Translations under genes and position numbers: made by a program
From: an uncultured virus (IMG/VR IMGVR_UViG_3300009528_000001)
Lineage: Duplodnaviria > Heunggongvirae > Uroviricota > Caudoviricetes
DNA length: 64,000 bases
Virus record (IMG/VR): IMGVR_UViG_3300009528_000001
Strand: one strand, 5' to 3'
The notes under the pieces: model-generated
The model's database searches: none
The model's input: the letters and a program-made list of their open reading frames with translations, nothing else
Told to the model about the DNA's origin: nothing
Shown: piece by piece, positions 1-9,948 of the stretch
How positions within the stretch are numbered: position 1 is the stretch's first letter
Layout: every line of letters begins with the position of its first letter

Positions 1-2
1 AA

Positions 3-665
3 AACTCGTATAAAATAATACTGGATTTATGCGGCGGTACCGGGGCTTGGTCGGAGCCATACCGGAAGGCGGGGTATCTGGTGATTGTTGTTACTTTGCC
101 AGAATACGATCTTCTTGAGCATTCCTTCGAGTTAAGGAACAAGATATTATATTTAGTTTTTCCAAGACAAGGAAATCGAACAACATGGATACAAGTTTCT
201 AAGATCTACGGGATACTTTTCGCCCCTGTCTGCACTCATTTTAGCAGAGCCAGGACAACCGCTAAAACAAAAAGGAATTTGAAAGATGGTATGGTTCTTG
301 TAAGGGCTGGGATGAATATCATCTGGACGGTTGAAGAAGAGCAAGGACAACAAACCGATAATGGCATTCCTACACTGAAATTCTGGGCAGTTGAGAACCC
401 TATGGGTGTGTTAAGGCGCTTTCTTGAAAGACCGAAGTTTACCTTTGACCCCTGTGATTACGGAGATCAATATAGCAAAAAGACGGATATCTGGGGCTGG
501 TTTAACGAGCCCAAAAAACACCCCTGTCAAATCAGCAAAGAAGCAATGATCTTGATGAGAGACAATAACAGGAAAATGCCAGAACTTGCCGGCTATCCAT
601 ACCATAAAAGAAGGGCCATAACCCCTCCCGGCTTCGCAACGGCCTTTTATAAGGCAAACAAATAA
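3..665 (+). CDS. C5-cytosine DNA methyltransferase-like protein (5'-truncated by window edge)
   Basis: The frame is open from base 3. ILDLCGGTG (SAM-binding motif I), APVCTHFS (catalytic PC-like motif IV) and WAVENP (motif VI) are present. Confidence 0.75.
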   Translation, partial: NSYKIILDLCGGTGAWSEPYRKAGYLVIVVTLPEYDLLEHSFELRNKILYLVFPRQGNRTTWIQVSKIYGILFAPVCTHFSRARTTAKTKRNLKDGMVLVRAGMNIIWTVEEEQGQQTDNGIPTLKFWAVENPMGVLRRFLERPKFTFDPCDYGDQYSKKTDIWGWFNEPKKHPCQISKEAMILMRDNNRKMPELAGYPYHKRRAITPPGFATAFYKANK

Positions 666-677
666 AGGGATTGAGTG

Positions 678-854
678 ATGGAAAAATGTCCGAAATGCGG
701 TCGGTGCTCAGTAGCATATGACTCGTACCGGGGAAAGTTTATGTGTCACTGTGATGGTTGCACATATTCGAGGGAAAAAGAGACGCTATCATCGAGAGTC
801 ATAAGGCTTGAGGAAGAAATGGCACTTCTAAGGACAATGAAGGGGATTGAGTGA
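678..854 (+). CDS. Small Zn-ribbon protein
   Basis: Hand-translated as MEKCPKCGRC...CHCDGC; purine-rich RBS-like sequence upstream. Confidence 0.55.
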   Translation: MEKCPKCGRCSVAYDSYRGKFMCHCDGCTYSREKETLSSRVIRLEEEMALLRTMKGIE

Positions 855-991
855 TGGAAAACTCAAAGCAAGAATGTTCCCATTACTACGGAGACTACAT
901 CCGCAAGGGCCGGGCTCACTATGTCTGCCCGAAATGCCTAGAGGATATTACGCTGGAGGTTGTCTTGATGATGGAATCGAGGGAGGGGGAA

Positions 992-1423
992 ATGCAAAGA
1001 GAAATAAAATTTCGGGCGTGGGATAAGGAAGCTAAAGAATTCAATCTTGACCTGACATTGCCATTGGGGAGGATGTCGAAAAATTTATCAGAACGTTTCA
1101 TATTGGAACAATTCACCGGGCTACACGACAACACAAAATGGGATGAATTATCGGAAGAAGAAAAGGATGCTTGGGTGGTTTCATCTGGCAACTTGCCGAA
1201 TGAATGGAAGGGTAGGGAAATCTTTGAGGGGGATGTTGCTGAATTTCAATATTATGATAATGATTTAAAGGGACTTGTTTCGCAAGGAATTGTCAAGTGG
1301 AATAACTGCGGTTTTTACTTAGGGGGAAAAGTATGTGTATCAATAGAAGATAAACATACTCTTATAATCATCGGGAACATTCACCAGGATAGCCATTTAC
1401 CAAACCCGGAGCTCTTGAAATGA
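992..1423 (+). CDS. YopX family phage protein
   Basis: REIKFRAWD, LEQFTGL, GREIFEGD and IIGNIH motifs. RBS GGAGGGGG precedes ATG 992. The ORF track extends it in frame to 851 with a Cys-rich segment. Confidence 0.85.
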   Translation: MQREIKFRAWDKEAKEFNLDLTLPLGRMSKNLSERFILEQFTGLHDNTKWDELSEEEKDAWVVSSGNLPNEWKGREIFEGDVAEFQYYDNDLKGLVSQGIVKWNNCGFYLGGKVCVSIEDKHTLIIIGNIHQDSHLPNPELLK

Positions 1424-1696
1424 AATTCACCCACCTCATCTCAAATAAAGGCTACTATCATGAGCTTTTGCTGATAAACCTTAATCAAGAAGAATTCGAT
1501 GATGTGATGGAAAAGTTGGAGTTGGAGTTGGAGTTGAATGGAGATCGGGGGGAAAAAATATTAAGGGCGCATGACGTAAAGCCTGGTTGTCGTGGCTCTT
1601 ATCATTGCAAGCAAGGTGCCTGTAGTAGCTGGGATCATTGTGTATCGCGGAGGCGGCCATGATGCTGCTTAAAGTCCGGGAAGAAGGGGAGAAGAA

Positions 1697-2113
1697 ATGA
1701 TAAAAGAAGATAAATTCACGCAGGGACCGTGGCATATATTAAAAGGCCCCTCAACTGTATTCATAACAGATGAGGACATCTCTGATTTTAGGGTAGTAAT
1801 GCATAACCCTATAGCAATAGTATCAGATAGATTAGAAATCGAAGCCAATTCCGAACTCATAGCCAGCGCCCCCGACCTCCTGCGGGAGAACCGGGAGTTA
1901 AAAAAGAAAATTAATGAATTGACAGAAAATAGAGATTATATCTGGAAAGAAAGAAAAGAGGCTAAGCAAAAATTGTTTGCTTTAGAAGGGGAAAACGAGC
2001 GGTTGAGGGATGCGATTGAGAGGGCAATAATGTTTTTGGAGATGGGGTTTGGCAGCATCACTGCGGAAGAAATTCTCAAAGAGGCATTGGGGGAGGGAGA
2101 TGAGCATTTGTAA
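1697..2113 (+). CDS. Phage hypothetical protein
   Basis: FTQGPW ... EANSELIASAPDLL motif common in phage early proteins, followed by a coiled coil. Confidence 0.65.
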   Translation: MIKEDKFTQGPWHILKGPSTVFITDEDISDFRVVMHNPIAIVSDRLEIEANSELIASAPDLLRENRELKKKINELTENRDYIWKERKEAKQKLFALEGENERLRDAIERAIMFLEMGFGSITAEEILKEALGEGDEHL

Positions 2114-2486
2114 GAAATGCTGCTGGTTTTTTAAGGAGAGAAAATGAATAAAGACGAAAATTTATTAAGTCCTGGGAAAAAGATTAAATTACAACTTACG
2201 GAAAATGGAAAATCGGAAGAAGTCACTGTAAGAAGGTTAGAAAAGAATCCATGTGCTGGGATTATGGACATGGAGACAAAGAAGTTTACAAAAGTGCAAT
2301 ACAGGTTATTTTACACAAGACGTGACAGGACAAAAGGGCATGTTGATGTTTATCTGGACTGTGCCAATGAATAACCCCCAAATCTTAGATCTTGCAGAGG
2401 TAATAGAATGAAACTCTTCGCCGGAATTGACATAGGCCAGAAGGGTGTATGATAAAAACTCTCGGAAAAGAGGCTAAAAGGGCAAA

Positions 2487-2939
2487 GTGAATTTCTTTAG
2501 TTTGAAAATATACGAGACTGCTGTACCTAAGCTAAGGCCACGCGTGACCAATAGGGGGACATACACACCGTCCAAAACAAGAGACTGGGAATTTAAAGTC
2601 CGCTTATTGGCAATGAAGAGGGTGAAGGAAATAAATTTCGGCAATCCGTGGGAGGGTCCAGTCTATATGTCTGTTTCTTTCTATTTCAAAAAGCCAGGTT
2701 ACCTACCAAAGAGAATTAAGGCCCACACCAAGAAGCCGGACTTGGATAACCTGTTGAAATCAATCAAGGATGCTCTTAACGGTGTGGTTTATAAAGACGA
2801 TTCACAAGTAATTAGATCTAATGAGTCAAAGAATTATCTAATCGGTAAAAATGCACGACCATTTGTAAACATTACAATTGAATGTCTCGACCATGACAAC
2901 ATTGTTCCAGTGCGTGATTATGGTGTTGACAATCGATAG
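2487..2939 (+). CDS. rusA: RusA family Holliday junction resolvase
   Basis: PKLRPR...YTP and KKPDLDNLLKSIKDALNGVVYKDDSQV motifs. Confidence 0.9.
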   Translation: MNFFSLKIYETAVPKLRPRVTNRGTYTPSKTRDWEFKVRLLAMKRVKEINFGNPWEGPVYMSVSFYFKKPGYLPKRIKAHTKKPDLDNLLKSIKDALNGVVYKDDSQVIRSNESKNYLIGKNARPFVNITIECLDHDNIVPVRDYGVDNR

Positions 2940-3034
2940 CAAGATGGTAAAATAGAGATGTCGATGGAGCCATTATTTAGAAGTATGCCCCGTGGGGAGT
3001 TTAACCGCTCCATCGACACCACGGGGCTTTTTTT
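2926..3034 (+). promoter_or_regulatory. Sigma70-type promoter plus attenuator-like leader
   Basis: TTGACA(2926)-16 nt-TAAAAT(2948) with TG extension. 12-bp inverted repeat 2959-2970/3007-3018. Hairpin 2987-2995/3019-3027 followed by T7. Confidence 0.65.
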
Positions 3035-3573
3035 ATGGGGAACGTCATAGAAGAATGGAGAGACGTTGTTGGATATGAGGGCTGGTATAAGATTAGTAAC
3101 AAAGGAAGGCTAAAACGAATTAAAAAGGGACGGGGAACGCGCCCGAAAAACATCCTTACCCCAAAAAAACACAAAGCAGGATATCATGTTTACAACTTGT
3201 GCTATAAGTGTAATCAGAAAGATTATTTGGCACATCGATTAGTGGCGATAGTATTTATTCCAAACCCAGAAAACAAGCCAGAGGTAAATCATAAAAATGG
3301 CATTAAGGATGACAACAGAGTAGAAAACCTGGAATGGTGTACGCATAAAGAAAACATAAGGCATGCAATTAATGCATTGGGTAGTCATGGCGAAAACGTT
3401 GCAAGGGGAGAGAAGCATCCCAGAACTGCTTTTACTAATAGCGACGTAAGAGAAATAAAAAGGCTGTTAAGGGAGACAAATTTGAATCAACAAGAATAGG
3501 AGACATGTTTAGTGCCCCTGCCAACACAATCAGTTGTATAAAAACAGGCAAGAATTGGACACATATCCTATGA
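3035..3573 (+). CDS. NUMOD4-HNH homing endonuclease; C-terminal HTH continues in a shifted frame after stop 3499
   Basis: EEWRDVVGYEGWYKISNKG (NUMOD4); VNHKNGIKDDNRVENLEWCT (HNH); shifted-frame tail IGDMFSAPANTISCIKTGKNWTHI. Confidence 0.85.
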
Positions 3574-4091
3574 GTATCTTCTGCAAACTACTGGTTGATC
3601 GGGGGATGTTTCGATGAAAGAAAAGATTGTAACAATTATAACCAAATACAAAAACGATAAATGCACGACTATTATTGGTTGTGATAGTATTGCGATGGTT
3701 AAAAAAATAGGGAATAAAAGTATAGAAATATTTTTAAAAGGTGGTGGTAGTATGAAAATTGAGGGAGGAGATTTTATGGAAAATTTCGACAAACTAATTT
3801 CAGATATATTTTTATAAGAAATAGGAGAACCTCATGGAATTCATTGCAATATTAGGATGCGTACTGCTTTGGATCGGTTTGTGTCTTGTGGCTGCTATCA
3901 CGGCATTGCATGTAATTACCAAGGATTAAATAATCTTTCAAGGAGAACCCAGTGGAATTCATAATATTTCCCCGAATAAAAGCAGTTAGGCATTTAAGGG
4001 CTAAGTTACCCTTGATGGATATCGTGTGGCTTGAGACATATGCCGACGAATTCGACCTATGAATAAGGGTGTGAATAAATAAGGAGGGGAT

Positions 4092-5051
4092 ATGACTGAT
4101 AAAACGACAATCGGGGACGCGACCTTCATCCTGGGGGACTGTTTGAACATTCTCCCAGAGTTGCCGGAAAAGTCAATCAATTGCTGTGTGACCTCTCCTC
4201 CTTACTTTGGATTGCGCGATTACGGTCATAATGATCAAATTGGCCTCGAGGACCACCCTGATAAATATGTAGAAAAACTTGTCAATGTCTTCCGGGAAGT
4301 AAAGAGGGTTCTCCGAGACGATGGTACTTTGTGGCTGAATTTGGGGGATACTTATTCTGGGAATAATTTAAAAAATAGAAAAGGAAATCATGGATATAAA
4401 GATAAACGAACCAATAGGATAGAAAGATTAAGATCACTCAAGATAGAATCTCTTAGATGTAAAAATCTTATTGGCATCCCCTGGCGCGTAGCTTTTGCTT
4501 TACAAGCTGATGGTTGGTATCTTCGCCAGGACATAATATGGCATAAACCAAATCCCATGCCGGAATCAGTTCGGGATCGTTGTACAAAATCTCATGAATA
4601 TATCTTCCTCCTCAGTAAAAAATCAAAATATTATTATGATTATAAAGCTATCGAAGAACCGGCTAAATGGGAAAGATGGGGAAACCAAACTGAAAACAAA
4701 AAACATACTGGAGCAGCTAGCTATTTAGGAGGGGGAAAGCTCGAGGACCTGCCGATAAAAAATACAAAGAATAAGCGTTCTGTGTGGACAATCCCAACAA
4801 AACCATTCACTGGCGCTCATTTCGCCGTATTCCCCCCTGATTTGATTGAACCGTGTGTGCTGGCAGGATGTCCCAAAGGTGGAGTTGTGTTAGATCCCTT
4901 TGGGGGAAGTGGTACCTCCGCTCTCGTATCATATAAAAATAATAGACAATCAATTTACTGTGAATTAAATAAAGATTATTTCGACATCGCGGTCGCCCGG
5001 TATCGGAGGGAAACCGCCCAGCTACGACTCGAGGATATTGAAACTGGGTGA
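4092..5051 (+). CDS. N4/N6 DNA methyltransferase (beta class)
   Basis: VTSPPY catalytic motif precedes VLDPFGGSGTS SAM motif; HFAVFP also present. Confidence 0.92.
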   Translation: MTDKTTIGDATFILGDCLNILPELPEKSINCCVTSPPYFGLRDYGHNDQIGLEDHPDKYVEKLVNVFREVKRVLRDDGTLWLNLGDTYSGNNLKNRKGNHGYKDKRTNRIERLRSLKIESLRCKNLIGIPWRVAFALQADGWYLRQDIIWHKPNPMPESVRDRCTKSHEYIFLLSKKSKYYYDYKAIEEPAKWERWGNQTENKKHTGAASYLGGGKLEDLPIKNTKNKRSVWTIPTKPFTGAHFAVFPPDLIEPCVLAGCPKGGVVLDPFGGSGTSALVSYKNNRQSIYCELNKDYFDIAVARYRRETAQLRLEDIETG

Positions 5052-5180
5052 TTCAGTTATTCGATAAATTAGGACAACTGAATCTTATGAAAGGAGGAGG
5101 GAGGGGGGTTGGCCCCGCAACTATTCGAGGAATTCGAATAGTTTGATTTACGGTAACCATTTATAAAAAGGAGGGTTGAA

Positions 5181-5591
5181 ATGTTTTACAATACTTTTAG
5201 CGCAACATTGGGAATGGCATTAGCAATAGGTGTTATAGCTTTGGTCGTAATGATAACGCTTAAAAAATATATCTGGAAAACCGATAGGAGTAACGGGGGA
5301 AACAAGGAAGAAAGGAAGTCTTTTTTGGGCAGGCTTAGGCCCAAAAGCATCAATGCCTTGTCCGGGAGACTATTATTAAGTGTTTCTATTCTGTTTTCTT
5401 TTGGATTTATCCCTAGCTGTATGTCTGTATCAAAAAGAAGCCATCCCGGCAATATAGGATTGCAATGGATTTGGATATTATTGCCAAAAGAATTGATGGT
5501 TCCATTGTTTTGCATGGTTATATTTCTCGGTTTTCTTGTGATTATGACCAATGACATGGATAAAGATGATTATAAAATATTGGATGATTGA
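5181..5591 (+). CDS. Membrane protein
   Basis: Three hydrophobic segments; RBS AGGAGG. Confidence 0.55.
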   Translation: MFYNTFSATLGMALAIGVIALVVMITLKKYIWKTDRSNGGNKEERKSFLGRLRPKSINALSGRLLLSVSILFSFGFIPSCMSVSKRSHPGNIGLQWIWILLPKELMVPLFCMVIFLGFLVIMTNDMDKDDYKILDD

Positions 5592-5624
5592 AGTTCAATC
5601 CAAAATCATAGCGGGAGGTAAAGA

Positions 5625-6074
5625 ATGTCTAAAATTAAAATATCTCATCAAACAACTGTGGAACTTTTTATCCTTGGAATTGTAGTAATGTGGTTTGGCG
5701 GATGTAGCTTTCTAAAGGGGGAGGGGGGGAGTAACAATGCCGTCATTGCTACCCGCATCTACCGGGATGTCAAATCGGATGATGACCGTGTGACGATGCT
5801 CCGGGAAGAAATCTTTCGGGAGTTGCATAAAATCATCAAGGAAACCCGCCGTGGTCAAGTACCTGTTAATGCTGTATTTAAGTGCCTTTCAGGGCTTAAT
5901 GCCCGCCAGGTGGAGTTTGTCAAAAGAGCAGTCAGGAGATACATTGACCCCCCCCAACGGGTCACCGACCCCAAGGTTATTATTGTAAAGGATTTTCAAG
6001 AGATTGTGCAAAGGGTCTTGAATTATTATTATGCCGATGGGCTGAGTGATATTATTCCGACGTGGGGGAAGTAA
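5625..6074 (+). CDS. Putative lipoprotein/exported protein
   Basis: Hydrophobic N-terminus ending FGGC (lipobox-like); RBS GGAGG. Confidence 0.45.
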   Translation: MSKIKISHQTTVELFILGIVVMWFGGCSFLKGEGGSNNAVIATRIYRDVKSDDDRVTMLREEIFRELHKIIKETRRGQVPVNAVFKCLSGLNARQVEFVKRAVRRYIDPPQRVTDPKVIIVKDFQEIVQRVLNYYYADGLSDIIPTWGK

Positions 6075-6403
6075 AAAGGCTCCCAGTGAAATGGGTTTAT
6101 CATGGGTTTTCTCCTTTTTAAATATCTAAATCCGGCATGTTGCTATCAATTTCAAGATCATTAAAATATTCATCTTCAATATAATCCTCACAACATTCCC
6201 ACGCTTGGCTTTCTCTTTCATAACTTGCGCCGCACTCTACACACTCATACCAAAAACCGTCTATCGATGGTCTTGTTCTTATGCCCATAATCAATATCCC
6301 TTTCAGATTAGATGTTTTGGTCGTTCATGGATTTCCCTCCTTTTTAAATTAACCTTCCACTCCTGCCCACTGATTGAATGGGTAGGGATTGAGGGTTAAA
6401 TGC

Positions 6404-6805
6404 TTAGGAGGTGATCCCATGCAATAAAACGGTGTCGTTTTCTCCAAGTGGCTGTGTCCATTTCCATGAATTGTTGTTAGTAACTATCCTGTCATACCCA
6501 TTACACTCCATGTTTGAAATTAATATTCGATCTTTTGGGTCATTTTTTTTCTTTATTTCGTCCAATGTAGATATTTTCCCGCCTAGATAATACATTCCAC
6601 TTCTAACGGTTTCCTTACTATCCAGTTCCTTGTCTGCTCTTTCGCGGATAGTGAATTGAAATCCATATGGTAACGCTCCGTGGCGTTCTTTTACTTCTTT
6701 TGCCATTGAGATGGCCTTGTTTATATCCCATTTATCTATGGGCGTTGTTGTTGTTTCGGCCACCATTGTTCCCGGACTGAAAAATGTTACAAAGGATTGT
6801 CTCAT
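6404..6805 (-). CDS. Phage hypothetical protein
   Basis: 133-aa ORF with RBS GGAGG, within the leftward operon. Confidence 0.7.
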   Translation of the reverse strand: MRQSFVTFFSPGTMVAETTTTPIDKWDINKAISMAKEVKERHGALPYGFQFTIRERADKELDSKETVRSGMYYLGGKISTLDEIKKKNDPKDRILISNMECNGYDRIVTNNNSWKWTQPLGENDTVLLHGITS

Positions 6806-6917
6806 AATCGTACTACCTCCTGTTAAGTTAAGTTAACCTTCCATCCCTGTCCCTCAACAAAATAGCAGGTTGTGAGAGGGAAAGGGAAAGAGGTTTTACG
6901 CTGCCCGCGGGCTCCTC

Positions 6918-7145
6918 TTATTGCATGGGATCGCCTTTAATCTTTTCTGAAATTTCATTCCAGAAGTTAATACCAGGATTCTTCACAGCTCCGTTATTTT
7001 TTATGCAAGCCCAAGACCATGATTCAGCACCGTTTACCCTGATCTCAAATTGAATTTCACCTTCTGGAAGTTCAGGATGATTTGTTTCGCGTAAGAGTTC
7101 TTGTATCTTATCAGATATATTCCTTTTCCTGTTTGACGAAAACAT
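6918..7145 (-). CDS. Phage hypothetical protein
   Basis: 75-aa ORF with RBS AGGAG. Confidence 0.6.
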   Translation of the reverse strand: MFSSNRKRNISDKIQELLRETNHPELPEGEIQFEIRVNGAESWSWACIKNNGAVKNPGINFWNEISEKIKGDPMQ

Positions 7146-7552
7146 TTCTTATCTCCTATTCCTTCGGTGTGCGACACAACGAGCACTTTATCTCCGACTC
7201 CAAAACTTCCTTGCCGGAATAGGTTATCGGCTCGCCGTGTTCGTTGAAACCGTCGATGTCAAATTCCAAGACTTGTATTAAAACAAACTCCCTGGAGCCG
7301 CATGACGTGCATTCAGGTTGTTCTTTCATGGTTTTCTCCTTCGCATTAAGTGATCTGCCTCATCAGCGCCGGGTCCATCTCATGTCTCTTTAACAATAAG
7401 AAATTCTGGGTGGTTTTCTATGATTATCTTTTGATTACAATTACCTTGATTGCACTCACAAAACATACTAAACACCCCTACTTTCGCTATGTCTCCCATC
7501 CTCTTTCCCTCCTGTTTGGGTGATGTCCGACAACAAGAACGGACAAATTTTT

Positions 7553-7699
7553 TTAATCTTGGCTAGCAAAATACTCAATTACAATATCGATAACGACTTG
7601 AGCCACGCTTTTTTTCCCTGGGGCCGCCTTCGCCTCCGCCTTCAGTTTATCTTTTAGACTCTTGCTTACCCGAAAATCTATCTTTTCTGTCTTTGCCAT
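7553..7699 (-). CDS. Ribbon-helix-helix (Arc/CopG-like) regulator
   Basis: Hand-translated MAKTEKIDFRVSKSLKDKLKAEAK...SVAQVVIDIVIEYF; not in the ORF track (<60 aa). Confidence 0.7.
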   Translation of the reverse strand: MAKTEKIDFRVSKSLKDKLKAEAKAAPGKKSVAQVVIDIVIEYFASQD

Positions 7700-7716
7700 T
7701 TCGTAACCTCACCCTC

Positions 7717-7744
7717 ATTATACCAGGATGTCCGACAATTGCAA
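7717..7744 (-). promoter_or_regulatory. Leftward promoter containing an operator-like palindrome
   Basis: TTGCAA-16 nt-TATAAT with TG extension. TGTC-N-GACA in the spacer is repeated at 7522-7533. Confidence 0.7.
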
Positions 7745-7989
7745 GATCTTTCTGAAAAAAGTTTAAAATAGGAGGAAATTAAAGGAAATAGCTGTAAACT
7801 AGAGGAAAGTGCCACCATCTCCGGGGTATATGGCTTTATATCGCTCCACATGCTCTTACATGCCTTAATATGGGAATTGGCTACATTGGTGCGAAAATGG
7901 AAGCAAATCAACGATATTAAGAGGTAATTTTTTATAGGGATCTAAAACCATAATCGCCTCAAACGATCTGATATAGACCCATATCGACC

Positions 7990-8017
7990 TTGACAACCAA
8001 ATTTGGCTTATTATAAT
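7990..8017 (+). promoter_or_regulatory. Rightward consensus promoter
   Basis: TTGACA-16 nt-TATAAT. Confidence 0.65.
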
Positions 8018-8412
8018 AGTAGCGACAGCGCCCAAGGGTGTAACATTGCTCATCTACCCATGGTAGAAGGAGTTCGGGATTTGTTTTCGGTTTCTTGGTA
8101 TTCTGAATATCATGTTTAAATCATTGTTTCGTAGCTGTTCCTGTACCCAGTGTACTTATGGGAGCAACAAGAAAGATAAACAGAAAAGCCACAGGCGATT
8201 CCGGAGATCAGACAAACAAAGAATGAAACAGGGTTTATACGAAATAAAACGCCCCCCTGGAGAATATTGGGATTGAATGCTAGGGAGGAATGGCCCGTAT
8301 AACCCAGAGTATCGTCACCCAATTTGACAAACCGGCTTTAAAGCGTAATAATTGCATTATGTCTAAATATCGAAAGAAGGTTATTGTTATGATAATGAGA
8401 TAGAAATAAACC

Positions 8413-9948
8413 ATGCCAGACGATCTTAAATTATTAACAAATCACAAACAATGGAATGCCCGACCTGCGCATGGGATTGATAATGGTACCGAAATTCACG
8501 GCAAATGGGTAAATTGTTATGATTCCATTAAAGAATGGAGCCCGATAAACTGTGAATTATCACAAGTATTATCGGGATTTGAAGTTTCTGATGCTCCTTT
8601 TTATTTTAAGGCCCCAAAACGATCAACCGGTTATTGGGAATTCAATGTAAATAATCGTTTTGATGTTTTTAAGAAAACTGAAATAAATGCACCGGAATTC
8701 TCACAGGTTATCAGAGGGCTGGGTATTAATGATGTTCCCGGAGAATTATTTGATATCGGTGGGAATGGTCGGTTGGATTCCGTTCTGTATCCGAAGGCTT
8801 ATAATTCTGATTTTGTTGGAGATCTAGTATTATTCCCCGAACACGGAAAAGCCCCCAGATTAAAAAAATTAATAAAATTCGATACTGCCCCAATAGACGA
8901 TATTTCCATTGAATTTGAAATTGAATTTAGTGGTAAGCCAGAACTTAGCCCAAGAAAATTAAATCACGGAGAAATACGAGAAGAAGAAAGGGATAAATGG
9001 GCTACAAATTTAGGAAAAGGAGAATATTTATACCTAAACTCACAGGAGGGAATATATATAAGGGCTTGGGAGGAACCGTTGAAAGTTGGAGCGGGCATCA
9101 AAACACCTATGATATGGGATAGCAATCCGGATCTATCATTAAGAAAATCTCAAATAATAGAAACCTATATAAAATGGATAAGTGGAAATAAATACATATT
9201 AACAAAAATAATACCAAATTCGTTTTTTGATGGGGCCGTTTTCCCGGTATATACCGACACGACGAGCACATTCTTCCCCGATCCAAATCCGGAAACAACA
9301 AGTGTTGATGGATCTGTGAGGAGAGATAATGATGGCTCTTGGGCCAATGCCAGGAATACCGCCGCTGCATTAACAGTAACCGCCAATTCGGTCAGCACTA
9401 ATTGCAATAATTCAACTTCTGCGGGTAATTATACTGTTAGAAGAAATATTTTCTTATTCGATACTTCATCGATGCCTGACGCAGATATTATAAATAGTGC
9501 TGATTTTAGTTTATGGGTTGATGCTATTATGGATACTGATTCTGCGGGATTGGCCTTAACTCAATCCGATCCAAACCAAAATGTAGGTTTAATCGTGGGG
9601 GATTATGACGAAGTTAGTGATACTTTAAATAATCCAACTGAAGGAGCCCCTCGTCGAAGCTATGCATCAATGTCAACCAATCAGTATGAACCTTTTGTTT
9701 TAGACGCAACTGGCTTGGGCTGGATCGATAAAGCCGGGATAACAAAATTCGGCACCAGGGGTACACTAGATGTGGATGATATTACGCCCATTGGAAATGG
9801 AAATAGTGCCCAAGTTTTTAACGCAGATCAGCCAGGCACAAATAATGATCCCAAATTGGTGGTTATCCATGGGGGGGTGGGTGGAATAATAAATCAGTTT
9901 CAAGGACCGAATTTAGGGGCAGATCTTTTTAATGGGGCGATAATATAA
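8413..9948 (+). CDS. Virion accessory/tail-associated protein, C-terminal DNRLRE-like beta domain
   Basis: C-terminal RRNIFLFDTSSMP...INSADFSL...PKLVVIH pattern; acidic and N/T/G-rich. Confidence 0.55.
   Translation: MPDDLKLLTNHKQWNARPAHGIDNGTEIHGKWVNCYDSIKEWSPINCELSQVLSGFEVSDAPFYFKAPKRSTGYWEFNVNNRFDVFKKTEINAPEFSQVIRGLGINDVPGELFDIGGNGRLDSVLYPKAYNSDFVGDLVLFPEHGKAPRLKKLIKFDTAPIDDISIEFEIEFSGKPELSPRKLNHGEIREEERDKWATNLGKGEYLYLNSQEGIYIRAWEEPLKVGAGIKTPMIWDSNPDLSLRKSQIIETYIKWISGNKYILTKIIPNSFFDGAVFPVYTDTTSTFFPDPNPETTSVDGSVRRDNDGSWANARNTAAALTVTANSVSTNCNNSTSAGNYTVRRNIFLFDTSSMPDADIINSADFSLWVDAIMDTDSAGLALTQSDPNQNVGLIVGDYDEVSDTLNNPTEGAPRRSYASMSTNQYEPFVLDATGLGWIDKAGITKFGTRGTLDVDDITPIGNGNSAQVFNADQPGTNNDPKLVVIHGGVGGIINQFQGPNLGADLFNGAII

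Noticed and set aside
5050..5145. Palindromes GATTCAGTT/AACTGAATC and AACTATTCGA/TCGAATAGTT
   Set aside because: Real inverted repeats, but short and without a U-tract or further copies; no function can be supported.
7338..7373. Hammerhead ribozyme on the minus strand (CTGATGAG...CGAAG)
   Set aside because: GAAG instead of GAAA, and I could not build stems I and III.
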